Positions 1 through 10,067 are shown, numbered from the stretch's first letter. The stretch: DNA of 32,000 nucleotides from an uncultured bacterium (GCA_964640155.1 CAZXEQ010000002.1:420001-452000); one strand, 5' to 3'. Made by a program: numbers and translations. The notes: generated from the sequence alone by a model not told the origin.

Positions 1-1
1 T

Positions 2-604
2 CTAGGGGCTTGCCGGGATTATTATCAAGCTTCGAATGCGATTTGGGAAAGAATGGCTTTTACAAAGGCTCGTTTCATTGTGGGAGATGAGACTTTAGGA
101 AATGCGGCAATCCATCTTCTTTCGCAATTTGTATTTCAAAATCTTCCTATGACAACGCAAGTTGAAGAAATTAAAAGTCTACGTGAACAGATTTTTCAGG
201 AACGCTGTAAAGATTTACCTGAAGGTTTTGAAGTGAAATCGGGCATAGGGGGTCTTTTAGATATTGAATTTCTTGCGCAATTTCTGCAATTGAAGTGGGG
301 ACAAGAACATCCAGAATTAAGACAATCTCACACTCTTATTTTACTTCAACGCCTTGCTTCTAGTGGCATTTTACCTCAAGAAGAGGTAGGGCTTTTGGTC
401 GAGGCATATCTTTTTTATCGTGATATCGAAAGCACATTGCGTTTGGTGCAAGATCGGTCCACGAACTTTATCCCACATGACCCTGAATGGGCTCGCAAGA
501 TTCAAAAAAAGATGGGATTGGAAGTAAATCCTGAGAAGTTTTTTGAAAGGCTAGAGCATTTTTCAAGAAATGTGAGATATCTTTATATGAAATATCTAAA
601 ATAA
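2..604 (+). CDS. glnE: Glutamine synthetase adenylyltransferase (GlnE family), C-terminal part; the 5' end lies outside the window
   Basis: The frame is open from nt 2 with no stop before the listed Met at 53, so the gene enters from the left edge. WERMAFTKARFIVGD and GIGGLLDIEFLAQFLQL match the conserved WER..L.KAR and G.GG..DIEF..Q blocks of GlnE/GlnD-type nucleotidyltransferases. I call GlnE rather than a second GlnD from motif recall, and because a complete GlnD is present at 3322-6006. Confidence 0.65.
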   Translation, partial: LGACRDYYQASNAIWERMAFTKARFIVGDETLGNAAIHLLSQFVFQNLPMTTQVEEIKSLREQIFQERCKDLPEGFEVKSGIGGLLDIEFLAQFLQLKWGQEHPELRQSHTLILLQRLASSGILPQEEVGLLVEAYLFYRDIESTLRLVQDRSTNFIPHDPEWARKIQKKMGLEVNPEKFFERLEHFSRNVRYLYMKYLK

Positions 605-620
605 AAAACCCAAAATTCAT

Positions 621-1085
621 ATGAAAAAAATCTATTTTTTTATCCTTTCATTTTTGTTTTCTTTCTCTTTCCTTTATGCGGGAGAAAAATATTCTTTTAG
701 AGTTCAACGTGTCATTGATGGAGACACAATTGAATTAGAAACAGGAGAACACGTCCGTTATATTGGTATTGATACCCCTGAAACACGTCAGCGTAAAGGA
801 GATCAATGGATTTATAAGCCTCAACCTTTTGCTAGAGAGGCAAAAATCCTAAATGAAAAATTAGTTAAACATCAACAAGTGCAATTGGAGTTTGATGTGC
901 AACCTAAAGATCGGTATGGTCGACTCTTGGCCTATGTTTATGTAGGAGATCGCTTTGTCAATCTTGAGCTTATTCAATCTGGTTTAGCCCGACTTTTAAC
1001 GATTCCTCCCAATGTGAAGTATGCGCATCAATTTCGTGATGCTTACAGGAAAGCAAAAGAAAAAAAGCAAGGGATGTGGGAATAA
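621..1085 (+). CDS. Secreted thermonuclease / staphylococcal-nuclease (SNase) family protein
   Basis: It has a hydrophobic N-terminal signal-like segment (MKKIYFFILSFLFSFSFLYA). SNase-like blocks follow: VIDGDTIEL, VRYIGIDTPE and DRYGRLLAYVYV...N.ELIQSGLAR. Confidence 0.8.
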   Translation: MKKIYFFILSFLFSFSFLYAGEKYSFRVQRVIDGDTIELETGEHVRYIGIDTPETRQRKGDQWIYKPQPFAREAKILNEKLVKHQQVQLEFDVQPKDRYGRLLAYVYVGDRFVNLELIQSGLARLLTIPPNVKYAHQFRDAYRKAKEKKQGMWE

Positions 1086-1118
1086 AAAAAGCCCTCTGAG
1101 TGATCAGAGGGCTTTTTT
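1084..1118. terminator. Bidirectional intrinsic terminator between the nuclease gene (+) and glnA (-)
   Basis: A 9-bp GC-rich stem, GCCCTCTGA(1091-1099)/TCAGAGGGC(1104-1112), closes a 4-nt loop. An A7 run precedes it and a T6 run follows, so it reads as hairpin plus U-tract on both strands. Confidence 0.8.
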
Positions 1119-1140
1119 GTTCTAACAGATGCTTTAGGAA

Positions 1141-2553
1141 TCACGCATCATAGTACAAGAAGAATTCATAAGGATGAGGTCTTAAACGAACCGCATCATA
1201 TTCTGCTTTTGTCTTGTACTCAATCCAGGTTTCAATCACATCATCTGTGAAGACATCACCTTTCATTAAGAATTCATGATCTTTTTCCAAAGCCTTTAAG
1301 GCCTGATCTAGAGAAGAAGGTACACTGGGTACTTTCTTTAACTCACTTGGAGGAAGATCATAAATGTTCTTATCAAGAGGTTCCCCAGGATGAATCTTAT
1401 TTTGAATTCCATCCAAGCCTGCCATCAACATGGCTGCAAAAGCCAAGTAAGGATTGCAAGAAGGATCAGGGAATCTAACTTCGATTCTCTTGGCTTTTGG
1501 ACTTTCTGAGTACATCGGGATTCTGACAGAAGCACTGCGATTACGTGAAGAATAGGCCAAATTTACTGGAGCTTCATAGCCTGGAACCAATCTCTTGTAA
1601 GAGTTGGTTGTTGGAGCTACGAAAGCACAAAGGGCTGGCGCATGCTTTAAAATACCACCGATATAATAAAGACACATATCGCTTAAGCCTGCATAACCTT
1701 TGCCAGCAAATAGGGGCTTGCCAGCCTTCCAAATGCTTTGATGAACATGCATTCCAGAGCCATTATCACCGAATAAAGGCTTAGGCATGAAAGTCGCTGT
1801 CTTTCCATACTTTACAGCAACGTTTTTAACCACATATTTGTAAATCATGACTTGATCGGCCATGGAGGTCAATGGGCTGAAGCGAATATCAATTTCAGCT
1901 TGACCCGCCGTAGCAACTTCATGATGCTGTCTTTCGATGGAAAGACCCATGACTTCCATCATGGCAACCATTTCGTTACGAATGTCTTGAAGGGCATCTG
2001 TTGGAGGAACTGGGAAATATCCTTCTTTGTGACGAGGCTTATATCCTAAATTAGGGATATCAGCACGGCCACTTTCCCAAATACCTTCACGGGATTCAAC
2101 ATGATAATAAGATTCGTGGCTGTTTTGATCAAATCGCACGCCATCGAAAATGAAAAATTCTGGTTCAGGACCAAAAAAAGCCGTATCCCCGAGACCTGTG
2201 GTTTTTAAATAGGCTTCGGCTTTCTGAGAAATATTTCTAGGATCTCTGGAATAACGTTCTTTTGTAAGAGGATCCACAATATTACAGACCAAAGAAAGAG
2301 CTGGCTTTTGGCTAAAGGGATCAACCACTGCTGTTTTAGGGTCAGGCATGACTAACATATCGCTGGCTTGAATGGCTTGCCAACCACGAATGCTGGATCC
2401 ATCAAAGCCCAATCCCTCTTCGAAAACATCTTCGGTTAATTCACGGGTTGGAATCGAGAAATGTTGCCAAGTCCCTGGGAAATCAACAAATTTTAAATCA
2501 ATGACTTCTATTTTTTTCTCTTTTGCAAATTGCAATACTTCTTTTGCTGTCAT
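1141..2553 (-). CDS. glnA: Glutamine synthetase, type I
   Basis: The 470-aa product carries GS-I blocks: [31 protein letters not shown] and SVRIP. The adenylylation-loop tyrosine context NIYDLPP is present. AAGGAGG lies upstream of the ATG. Confidence 0.97.
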   Translation of the reverse strand: MTAKEVLQFAKEKKIEVIDLKFVDFPGTWQHFSIPTRELTEDVFEEGLGFDGSSIRGWQAIQASDMLVMPDPKTAVVDPFSQKPALSLVCNIVDPLTKERYSRDPRNISQKAEAYLKTTGLGDTAFFGPEPEFFIFDGVRFDQNSHESYYHVESREGIWESGRADIPNLGYKPRHKEGYFPVPPTDALQDIRNEMVAMMEVMGLSIERQHHEVATAGQAEIDIRFSPLTSMADQVMIYKYVVKNVAVKYGKTATFMPKPLFGDNGSGMHVHQSIWKAGKPLFAGKGYAGLSDMCLYYIGGILKHAPALCAFVAPTTNSYKRLVPGYEAPVNLAYSSRNRSASVRIPMYSESPKAKRIEVRFPDPSCNPYLAFAAMLMAGLDGIQNKIHPGEPLDKNIYDLPPSELKKVPSVPSSLDQALKALEKDHEFLMKGDVFTDDVIETWIEYKTKAEYDAVRLRPHPYEFFLYYDA

Positions 2554-2681
2554 CTTTCTTGAACTCCTCCTTATTTGTAGCGGCTAGCGTTTGTATCTTG
2601 TTTGAAAGGGGAAAACCTCGAATTAAAGATATTCCCTTAATTTGAGATTTTAAGAATCCTTACGCTTAAGCTGCTAATGAA

Positions 2682-3020
<339 letters not shown>

Positions 3021-3174
3021 TTATTTTGCCTCCTCTTGGTTCTGGTTAACAAAATCGGAACATGCTAGCAATTTTTAACGTCGATGTGGGAAAAATTCTA
3101 CTTGTTTTGCGTTTTTTTAATATTCAAATCATAAAGCTTATCTGTAGATAAGAATATACTTGTGATTTTAATAA

Positions 3175-3190
3175 GCAAGTATCATGCCAA
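3175..3190 (-). promoter_or_regulatory. sigma54 (-24/-12) promoter for glnB-glnA
   Basis: The minus strand reads TTGGCATGATACTTGC, that is TGGCAT-N5-TTGC with the canonical GG-N10-GC spacing. It lies about 155 nt upstream of the glnB start. A sigma54-dependent activator is encoded in the same cluster. Confidence 0.6.
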
Positions 3191-3321
3191 TATCTTCTTG
3201 TGATCAGGATAATTTATGAAGAAGGACGAGATGATTGCTGATTTTTTCACCAATCTGTTCAAAAATAATCTTTTCCCTAATACACAGCAGAAATAAAGAT
3301 GTGTTGTAAAAGGGGACTATT

Positions 3322-6006
3322 TCAAACTTTTCCCAGAGGGGACTGTACGGTTTGAACAATTTCTTCTGTGATTACTTTTTGAACATCAGGACGATCTATT
3401 TTCTTCCCATCACAATCTGTAATATAAAAGACATCATACACTTGAGCTTTTTCAGTAGCAATCTTTGCAGAGAGCACATTTAAACCTATTTTAGAGAGAG
3501 TGCGAGTCACTTCATATAAAAACCCAATTTTATCGTCTGCTTGAATTTCTAGAATGGTTGCACCTAGACTTCCTGTATTATCAAATTTAATAATGGGATT
3601 TGCATAAGTTTGAAGAGGTTTTTTAGAAGGGCATTTTTGTAACAGTTGTTGTACAGTGATTTTTTTCTGTAAAACATTCATGATCGCTTCTTCAATCTTC
3701 GTACGTGTCCTTAAATTTAAAATTTCTTTTTCGTATCGATTTTCCAAAGAAAATTTATCGAGAGCAATGCTGTCTTTTCGTGTAAAAATACTGGCGCTGA
3801 GAATATTTACTTCCTGACTTGCAATAGCTCCTGCGATTTCAGCAAAGAGTCCGATATGATCTTTGGTGCAAACAGTCATTTCAGTAGTATTGGTTTTAAC
3901 ATTGTAATCCCAAAGAATTTGAGGATCTTTTTGTGGAAGTTTTTCAATCGTCACCAAATGTTCAAAAATAGTTTCAGGCTTATATGCTTGTAAATACGGG
4001 ATCGGAAGCAACTCCAAATGTTTTTCAATTTGTTCTAAAGGGATTTTTTTCTTTAAAAGAATTTCCGTATAAGACTCTTTAATGGCTTGAACTTCAGAAG
4101 GCAGAAGAATGACTTTTTCTTCCAAATAGCGTTTGGTTTTATAATAAAGTTCCCACAAGAGTGCTTCTTTCCACTCATTCCACATCTCTTCTCCAGTGGC
4201 TTTGGAGTCGCAATAAGTGAGTAGATGAAGAATCCTGAGGTTCTCCACATCTCCCATTTTTTTAGCAAAGTCCATAATGACTTTTTCTTCTGAAAGATCA
4301 CGTCTTTGAGATAAATGAGCCATAATGAGATGGTTTTCGATTTGGAATTTGACGCGTTCAGCTTTTTCAGGGGAATATTGAATTCTTTTAAAAATCTCAT
4401 CAGCAATTTTAAAACCCTTAATAGAATGATCTTTGCCTTGAACTTTTCCAATGTCGTGAAAAAAAACAGAAAGAAAAGCAATGTCTCTAAAAGAAACTTC
4501 CTTAAGAAGTCGTGAAAAGCCTTCTAAACGTGGGTCTTTGGTTGTTTTTAATTCGTCCAAATAACCTACAGCTTTTAAAGTATGTTCATCCAAAGTATAT
4601 TTATGATGAAAGTCGTGTTGCACAAAGCAGGTGGCCTTGCCAAATTCAGGTAGATATTTCCCCAAAAGACCAGTCTCATGCATAGCACGTAGTGTATTTA
4701 TGATAGGAGCTTCATGTCCCATGAGACCGATAAAAATATCTCTCACTTCGGTAGAGACTTGAATTTTGTGATCCACGAGATAAAGATGCTCTCGGATTTG
4801 CTGGCCTAAAGTTTGACTTAATTGATATTGCCCTTGCACGCAATAGAGAAAAATTTCAAAAAGTTTTTCAGGATGAGATAAAAATAAAGAAGGATCTTTG
4901 CCTGGGAGAATCTCTTCTTCTGTAAATGAAAAGCCATGACGGGCCACAAATTTTTGAGGGAAACGGATTTTAAGTTGTGTTTGAATTTCACTGCGTGACA
5001 GTAAAACTTTTAGAACTTGTTGAACATTTTTTGCATGAAGATAGTAGTCTTTCATGAAATTTTCAGATGCTTTAAGGACCTCTTCATCCTTATATCCTAA
5101 TTGTTGAGCAGATTTAGCTTGAAGTGGGAGACTTAAAATATCAAAACACTTTTCCGTTGTGAAATGAAGTTCATTGCGAACCCGATGAAGAAAATAGAAA
5201 GCCCTCTGTAAGATTTTCAAATCATTTTCTGAAATGATTTTTTTCTCAGACATCTCTTCAAAACTCTTGCTCCCGTCTATGGATCGGTAAAGCCATAAAA
5301 TAGAGGCTAGGTCTCGAAGTCCTCCCACTCCCTCCTTAATGTGAGGCTCCTGAAGGTAAACAGTGTCTTTAAATTTGGCGTGTCGTGTACGAATCTCTTC
5401 AACTTTTTGAGCAATGTAGGAGGAAATATCTTTAGATAAACATTTATTCTGAAAGTTTTTTTGAAACTCTTCGAAATCTTGCAAGTCTCCAATGAGAAAA
5501 CGGGCTTCCATCATGGAAGTTCTAGATTTAAAATCTTTTGCTCCTTCTTCAATGGTCTCTGAAATAGTTCTGACAGAATGACCTATTTTGAGGCTAAGAT
5601 CCCATAAAAGATAGAGAACTCTTTTTACCAAATCGTCTTGCCCTGGCTCCTGTTTCTTTTTAATGAGAAACAAAAGATCAATGTCTGAGTAGGGATTGAG
5701 TTCTTGGCGTCCATATCCTCCTAATGCAATAAGCGTGCAATGAGGTTTTAGTTTTTTTACAGAAAGCTCTTTCTTAGCAAAATCAAAAATATGTTTGATC
5801 AAAGCATCCAGCACATTACTTCTGTCGCGAATGAGTTGAGGCCCATCTGCTCCTGAGCGATGGTTCATCAAAAGGCGATGATTTTCGACTTTGAGAAAAT
5901 TTTTAAAAAGTGTAATCCAATCTTGTTCGGTTGTACTAGCATCCCCTTGCAATTTTGTTTCAGCTTGTTTTAAAATATTTTCTAATGTGTCCATGGTTGC
6001 TTTCAC
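3322..6006 (-). CDS. glnD: Bifunctional P-II uridylyltransferase / uridylyl-removing enzyme
   Basis: The ~890-aa product has an N-terminal nucleotidyltransferase region (LIALGGYGRQELNPYSDIDLLFL). It also has an HD domain (FFHDIGK) and two C-terminal ACT-like repeats. A GTG at 6006 overlaps the upstream stop (GTGA); an ATG at 5994 is an alternative start. Confidence 0.9.
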   Translation of the reverse strand: MKATMDTLENILKQAETKLQGDASTTEQDWITLFKNFLKVENHRLLMNHRSGADGPQLIRDRSNVLDALIKHIFDFAKKELSVKKLKPHCTLIALGGYGRQELNPYSDIDLLFLIKKKQEPGQDDLVKRVLYLLWDLSLKIGHSVRTISETIEEGAKDFKSRTSMMEARFLIGDLQDFEEFQKNFQNKCLSKDISSYIAQKVEEIRTRHAKFKDTVYLQEPHIKEGVGGLRDLASILWLYRSIDGSKSFEEMSEKKIISENDLKILQRAFYFLHRVRNELHFTTEKCFDILSLPLQAKSAQQLGYKDEEVLKASENFMKDYYLHAKNVQQVLKVLLSRSEIQTQLKIRFPQKFVARHGFSFTEEEILPGKDPSLFLSHPEKLFEIFLYCVQGQYQLSQTLGQQIREHLYLVDHKIQVSTEVRDIFIGLMGHEAPIINTLRAMHETGLLGKYLPEFGKATCFVQHDFHHKYTLDEHTLKAVGYLDELKTTKDPRLEGFSRLLKEVSFRDIAFLSVFFHDIGKVQGKDHSIKGFKIADEIFKRIQYSPEKAERVKFQIENHLIMAHLSQRRDLSEEKVIMDFAKKMGDVENLRILHLLTYCDSKATGEEMWNEWKEALLWELYYKTKRYLEEKVILLPSEVQAIKESYTEILLKKKIPLEQIEKHLELLPIPYLQAYKPETIFEHLVTIEKLPQKDPQILWDYNVKTNTTEMTVCTKDHIGLFAEIAGAIASQEVNILSASIFTRKDSIALDKFSLENRYEKEILNLRTRTKIEEAIMNVLQKKITVQQLLQKCPSKKPLQTYANPIIKFDNTGSLGATILEIQADDKIGFLYEVTRTLSKIGLNVLSAKIATEKAQVYDVFYITDCDGKKIDRPDVQKVITEEIVQTVQSPLGKV

Positions 6007-7436
6007 TTTTTCTCGTCGACGATAATACCTTTACTCAGTTTATAATTTTCTATTTTCTTTCGTAGTGTGGCTCGGTTCATTCCTAAAAGTTGAGCGGCTT
6101 TTAATTGATTTCCTTGCGTTTGAGTCAGAGCAAGCTTGATAAGCTCTTTTTCAACATCGTTCATGATTTCGCCCTGCTGATTTTTAACTTTGGCCTTTAA
6201 AATACATTGAAAGATTGCTTGAGCAATTTCTTGAAGATTAGAACTTTCCGCTTTTGGAATAGAAGTGTTTCCTTCTTGGAGTCGAATATCTTCAGCTAAA
6301 ATAAGATCGCTTTTGGCGGTGATGGCTGCACGTTTAATGGTGTTTTCAAGCTCTCGAACATTGCCAGGCCAAGAATAGTTTTTGAGAATTTCTAAAGCTT
6401 TAGGAGCGAAACCCCTTAAGGTTTTATTAAACTCCAAGGAAAATCTCTTTAAAAAATAATGGCAAAGATCAGGAATATCTTCTTTTCTTTCGCGTAAGGG
6501 AGGTAAAAGAAGCGTAATGGTGTTCAGACGATAAAAAAGATCTTCTCTGAATTTATCTTGCGTGAGAGCTTCTTCTAGGTTTTTATTGGTGGCTGTAATG
6601 ATTCTAACATTCACGCGAATAGTTTCAGAACCTCCAACGCGTTGAAATTCTTTTTCTTGGATCACGCGTAAAAGTTTGGCTTGAGTGGCAGGGGTGAGAT
6701 CTCCAATTTCATCCAAGAAAATGGTTCCCCCATCGCATTGTTCAAATTTACCAACACGCTGAGTATAGGCTCCTGTGAAGGCTCCTTTTTCATGACCGAA
6801 GAGTTCGCTTTCAAGTAGAGCTTCTGGAATAGCGGCACAGTTGACAGGTAAAAAGGGTTTTCCTTTTTTTAAACTATGATGGTAAATGGCGCGTGCGACT
6901 AATTCTTTACCTGTACCACTTTCTCCTCTGATTAAAACCGTGACGTCTTTTGTGGCAATTTGTCCAATCATTTTATAAATTTCCTGCATTTTTCGAGAGG
7001 ATCCCACAATAAGATCTTGTTCTAGATTAATAATGCTATCAGGTTTAAACGCTACCTTTTGATGCATAGAAATTCGGGCATGAATGGCTTTACGGATAAG
7101 CTCTTTTAATTCATGAGACTCGAAGGGTTTTAAAATATAATCGAAAGCTCCTCGCTTCATTGCTTCGATAGCTGTCTGTGTGGTCCCAAAAGCGGTCATT
7201 AAAATGATTGGCAATTTTTCGTCCATTTGCTTAATATCGCGCAAGGCTTCAAGGCCGCTTGAATGTTCCATTCGAATGTCCATTAGAATTGCGTCTGGAG
7301 CGGATCGCAAAGTTGCCTCAATGGCTTCTTTGCCTGAGGCAGCATTCAGCGTTTCATAGCCTTCTTCTTCTAACATTCGACTGATGGAATAGCGAATGGC
7401 TTCATCATCATCAACAATCAAAACTTTATGCGACAT
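6003..7436 (-). CDS. ntrC: sigma54-dependent response regulator (NtrC family: REC + AAA+ + HTH)
   Basis: The receiver domain has DDDE and LMDIRM acceptor Asp contexts. The AAA+ domain has Walker A GESGTGKE and the sigma54-contact loop GAFTGA. A C-terminal Fis-type HTH is present (NQLKAAQLLGMNRATLRKK). The symbol follows from family and context; no kinase gene is adjacent. Confidence 0.8.
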   Translation of the reverse strand: MSHKVLIVDDDEAIRYSISRMLEEEGYETLNAASGKEAIEATLRSAPDAILMDIRMEHSSGLEALRDIKQMDEKLPIILMTAFGTTQTAIEAMKRGAFDYILKPFESHELKELIRKAIHARISMHQKVAFKPDSIINLEQDLIVGSSRKMQEIYKMIGQIATKDVTVLIRGESGTGKELVARAIYHHSLKKGKPFLPVNCAAIPEALLESELFGHEKGAFTGAYTQRVGKFEQCDGGTIFLDEIGDLTPATQAKLLRVIQEKEFQRVGGSETIRVNVRIITATNKNLEEALTQDKFREDLFYRLNTITLLLPPLRERKEDIPDLCHYFLKRFSLEFNKTLRGFAPKALEILKNYSWPGNVRELENTIKRAAITAKSDLILAEDIRLQEGNTSIPKAESSNLQEIAQAIFQCILKAKVKNQQGEIMNDVEKELIKLALTQTQGNQLKAAQLLGMNRATLRKKIENYKLSKGIIVDEKK

Positions 7437-7562
7437 GTTTTTACCTTATAAATCAAAAATTAAAACTCAAAAATCAAAACTAAGGAGGTTATTCATTTTA
7501 AATTTTACATTGTCATTTTGATATTTGATTTTTGCCCTTTGAGTTTGAGTTCTACTGTCTTC

Positions 7563-7591
7563 TTGACTTTGAACCTGTTTTCTTTTAGATT
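7563..7591 (+). promoter_or_regulatory. Putative sigma70-type promoter for the purN operon
   Basis: TTGACT (7563-7568), 17 nt, then TAGATT (7586-7591), about 45 nt upstream of the purN start. This rests on pattern match only. Confidence 0.3.
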
Positions 7592-7636
7592 TTTACAGGT
7601 TTTGTTCAGAAAACAAGAAGAAAAAATAGGCATTGA

Positions 7637-8257
7637 TTGAAGATTGGGGTTTTGGGGTCTGGTAAAGGTTCAAATTTTGAAGCCATTTTGAAATCTATTC
7701 AAGATGGAAAGCTGAAGGCTCAGATAGGTGTTGTGCTTTCAGATGTATCGGATGCTTTAATTTTAGAAAAGGCAAAGAAAGCTCAAATTCCTGCTTATTA
7801 TCTTGCCCCAGGAAAATACCGAACCTTTTTGGAGCCTGCTGCTGAAGCTCATTATATTCAATGTTTGAAAGACCATGATGTAGAATGGGTTGTACTTGCA
7901 GGATTCATGCGGGTTTTAAAGAAGAAATTTTTCGAAGCCTTTCCAAACCGAGTGATCAATATTCACCCTTCGCTTTTACCAGCTTTCCCTGGGTTAGAAG
8001 CTTGGCGTCAGGCCTGGGAGGCGAGGGCAAAAGTTTCGGGATGTACCGTTCATTTTGTAGATGAGGGGATTGATACTGGCCCCATTATTTTGCAAGAATC
8101 AGTGAGCATTACAGAGTATCATTCAGCAGAAGAAGTTCATCAAAAGATTCAAGAAGTAGAGCATCGCCTTTATCCAGAAGCTTTAAAATTGCTTTCGGAA
8201 AATGATTTTGAAATTAAAAATCATAAGATGCTCATTCGACGCCGGGGGACGTCATGA
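7637..8257 (+). CDS. purN: Phosphoribosylglycinamide formyltransferase
   Basis: GAR transformylase blocks are present: GSGKGSN, INIHPSLLPAFPG and GCTVHFVDEGIDTGPII. The start codon is TTG. Confidence 0.9.
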   Translation: MKIGVLGSGKGSNFEAILKSIQDGKLKAQIGVVLSDVSDALILEKAKKAQIPAYYLAPGKYRTFLEPAAEAHYIQCLKDHDVEWVVLAGFMRVLKKKFFEAFPNRVINIHPSLLPAFPGLEAWRQAWEARAKVSGCTVHFVDEGIDTGPIILQESVSITEYHSAEEVHQKIQEVEHRLYPEALKLLSENDFEIKNHKMLIRRRGTS

Positions 8258-8952
8258 CTTTGGAATTAGCCAACGAAGATATAAAAACGCTTCGTATGAA
8301 AATGTTGAAAGTTCATGATCTTTTACATGAAAAATATGGGAAGCAGTCTCATGATGGGAAAATAAGCCCATTAGATGAATTGATTCTTAATATACTTTCT
8401 TTGAATACAACCGAAACTCATGCGCATCAAGCTTTTGATCAGCTGAAGAAGAAATTCAAAGGTTGGGAAAGAATGATGATTGCGCCGACCGAAGATATTG
8501 CGGTGATTATTCAAAAAGGAGGGCTTCATCGAACCAAGGCTTTGAGGATCAAAAGAATCTTGAGAAAGATTTATAAAGATCAAGGAGCTCTTTCTTTAGA
8601 TTTTTTAAAGAAGTTAGATGCAAAAGAGGCCATGAAGTATTTGCTGTCTTTAAAGGGGATTGGATCACAGACCGCCAGTTGTGTACTCCTTTATGGACTG
8701 AATCAACCTGTGATGCCTGTCAATGTTCATGTAGAGCGTGTTGCCAAAAGATTAGGTTGGATTTGGCATCAGGCAAATTTAACTCAAACACAAGAAGTGT
8801 TTGATCAAGCGACGCCTCGTTATTTGGTGAGGCCTCTTTATGATTCATTAATGAAACATGGGAAAGTGAGTTGTAAGCAGAAAAAACCTTGTTGTTCAAA
8901 TTGTGGTATTCGAGTTTGTTGTGATTATTATGAGAGAAAGGTAAAAGTATGA
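8254..8952 (+). CDS. HhH-GPD superfamily base-excision glycosylase (endonuclease III-like) with a C-terminal Cys cluster
   Basis: It has a helix-hairpin-helix block ([20 protein letters not shown]). A Cys-rich tail ([17 protein letters not shown]) is compatible with a 4Fe-4S loop. Its ATGA overlaps the purN stop. Confidence 0.7.
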   Translation: MTLELANEDIKTLRMKMLKVHDLLHEKYGKQSHDGKISPLDELILNILSLNTTETHAHQAFDQLKKKFKGWERMMIAPTEDIAVIIQKGGLHRTKALRIKRILRKIYKDQGALSLDFLKKLDAKEAMKYLLSLKGIGSQTASCVLLYGLNQPVMPVNVHVERVAKRLGWIWHQANLTQTQEVFDQATPRYLVRPLYDSLMKHGKVSCKQKKPCCSNCGIRVCCDYYERKVKV

Positions 8953-9830
8953 AATTAAGATTAGGATTGCCCAAGGGAAGTCTTCAAGAATCAACCGTGA
9001 TCATGTTTAAAAAAGCGGGTTATGATATTCGTGTTGCCGAAAGATCTTATAAACCTTCTATTAATGATGAAGAAATCGAAGTCATTTTGATCCGAGCTCA
9101 AGAAATGTCTCGCTATGTGGAGTCCGGAGTTTTAGATTGTGGATTGACAGGTAGAGATTGGGTTGTTGAAAATGAATCAGATGTAAAGGAAGTGACAGAA
9201 CTCATTTATGCCAAGCAAGGGCTGCGACCTGTACGTTGGGTTTTAGCTGTTCCCAATGACTCTTCTATCAAAAGTGTCAAAGACTTGCAGGGGAAAAAAA
9301 TTGCAACGGAAGCAGTCAATTTAACTCGCCAATATTTGGCCAAAAATGGGGTTAAAGCTGACGTAGAATTTTCATGGGGAGCAACTGAAATTAAGGCTCC
9401 CGAATTGGTCGATGCTATTGTCGAGCTGACCGAAACAGGATCCAGTCTTCGCGCCAATAATCTTAGAATTGTGGAAACAGTTCTGGAATCAACCACTCGA
9501 TTCATTTCGAATAAAAAATCTTGGGAAGATCCTTGGAAACAAAAGAAGATTCAGACGATGGCGCTTCTTTTGAAAGGGGCTTTGGAAGCAGAAAAAATGG
9601 TAGGCGTAAAAATGAATGTTCCGCCTGCCAAAATGGAAGAAATCACAAGTATGTTACCTGCTTTAAGGGAACCAACTATTTCTGAATTGTGGAAAAAAAC
9701 AGGTGGGGAGCCGTGGTTTGCTATTGAGATCATTATAGAAGAAAAAGTTATTCGTAATCTCATCCCTAAGTTAAAAGAGATGGGTGCTGAGGGGATTATT
9801 GAATATCCCTTGAATAAAGTGATATACTAA
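8949..9830 (+). CDS. hisG: ATP phosphoribosyltransferase, long form
   Basis: The N-terminus [12 protein letters not shown] and the block [14 protein letters not shown] are typical of HisG. The ~290-aa length implies the C-terminal regulatory domain. The start overlaps the upstream stop. Confidence 0.88.
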   Translation: MKLRLGLPKGSLQESTVIMFKKAGYDIRVAERSYKPSINDEEIEVILIRAQEMSRYVESGVLDCGLTGRDWVVENESDVKEVTELIYAKQGLRPVRWVLAVPNDSSIKSVKDLQGKKIATEAVNLTRQYLAKNGVKADVEFSWGATEIKAPELVDAIVELTETGSSLRANNLRIVETVLESTTRFISNKKSWEDPWKQKKIQTMALLLKGALEAEKMVGVKMNVPPAKMEEITSMLPALREPTISELWKKTGGEPWFAIEIIIEEKVIRNLIPKLKEMGAEGIIEYPLNKVIY

Positions 9831-9928
9831 AAGATCCGTAGTACTAGAAGCAGTGAATTGTGAAGGCTTAGTTAAACAACTGATTTTATGAATACATTAA
9901 AAGGAATTTGAGGAAAGGAGTTAACATC

Positions 9929-10015
9929 ATGCCTTGTGGTCGCAAGAAAAGAAAAGCAAAGATGAATAAGCATAAAAGAAAAAAGAGAAGTCGAAGAGAT
10001 CGTCATAAGAAGTAG
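9929..10015 (+). CDS. 28-aa hyper-basic protein, bS22-like (AURKAIP1/COX24-type small ribosomal protein candidate)
   Basis: It is not in the ORF track because it is too short. The translation is MPCGRKKRKAKMNKHKRKKRSRRDRHKK. An AAGGAG box ends 8 nt before the ATG, and a strong intrinsic terminator follows immediately. From memory, the pattern MP.G.KKRK.KM..HKRKKR.R..RHKK resembles the small basic protein annotated as bS22 in Actinobacteria and Bacteroidetes. Confidence 0.6.
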   Translation: MPCGRKKRKAKMNKHKRKKRSRRDRHKK

Positions 10016-10020
10016 TTTTT

Positions 10021-10067
10021 AAAACCCCTGACTCTGGAGAAAAATTTTTCTAGAGCAGGGGTTTTTT
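10021..10067 (+). terminator. Intrinsic terminator after the micro-ORF
   Basis: AAAACCCCTG...CAGGGGTTTT pair, with an extended inner stem (TCTGGAGAAAAATTTTTCTAGA). A T6 run follows. Confidence 0.75.

Noticed and set aside
1545-2587. ORF-track entries antisense to glnA (1545-1784, 1852-2049, 2372-2587). Similar shadow ORFs lie inside glnD, the HhH-GPD glycosylase gene, hisG, the TPR gene, ispE, glmU, prs, tsaC/sua5, korA, korB, the EI-like gene, gshA, the REC-GGDEF-EAL gene and rlmI.
   Set aside because: Each lies wholly within, and opposite to or out of frame with, a long ORF that has strong family motifs. They have no RBS and show low-complexity or odd composition. They are typical shadow frames.
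2554-2681. Possible glutamine riboswitch (glnA RNA motif) or second sigma54 promoter in the glnB-glnA spacer
   Set aside because: There is no recognisable conserved core or pseudoknot-forming GC-rich segments and no GG-N10-GC match. The spacer looks like a plain intercistronic region ending in the glnA RBS.
3216-3296. 26-codon + strand ORF (MKKDEMIADFFTNLFKNNLFPNTQQK) between glnD and glnB
   Set aside because: It lies on the opposite strand inside the regulatory region of a minus-strand operon. It has no RBS or terminator and is most likely fortuitous.
7450-7550. Inverted CAAAAATCAAA / TTTGATTTTTG repeats and an isolated AAGGAGG box in the ntrC-purN spacer
   Set aside because: This is very AT-rich, low-complexity sequence where 11-nt matches are unsurprising. 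The AAGGAGG box is followed only by a few codons with no proper start, so I see no supportable gene or RNA.
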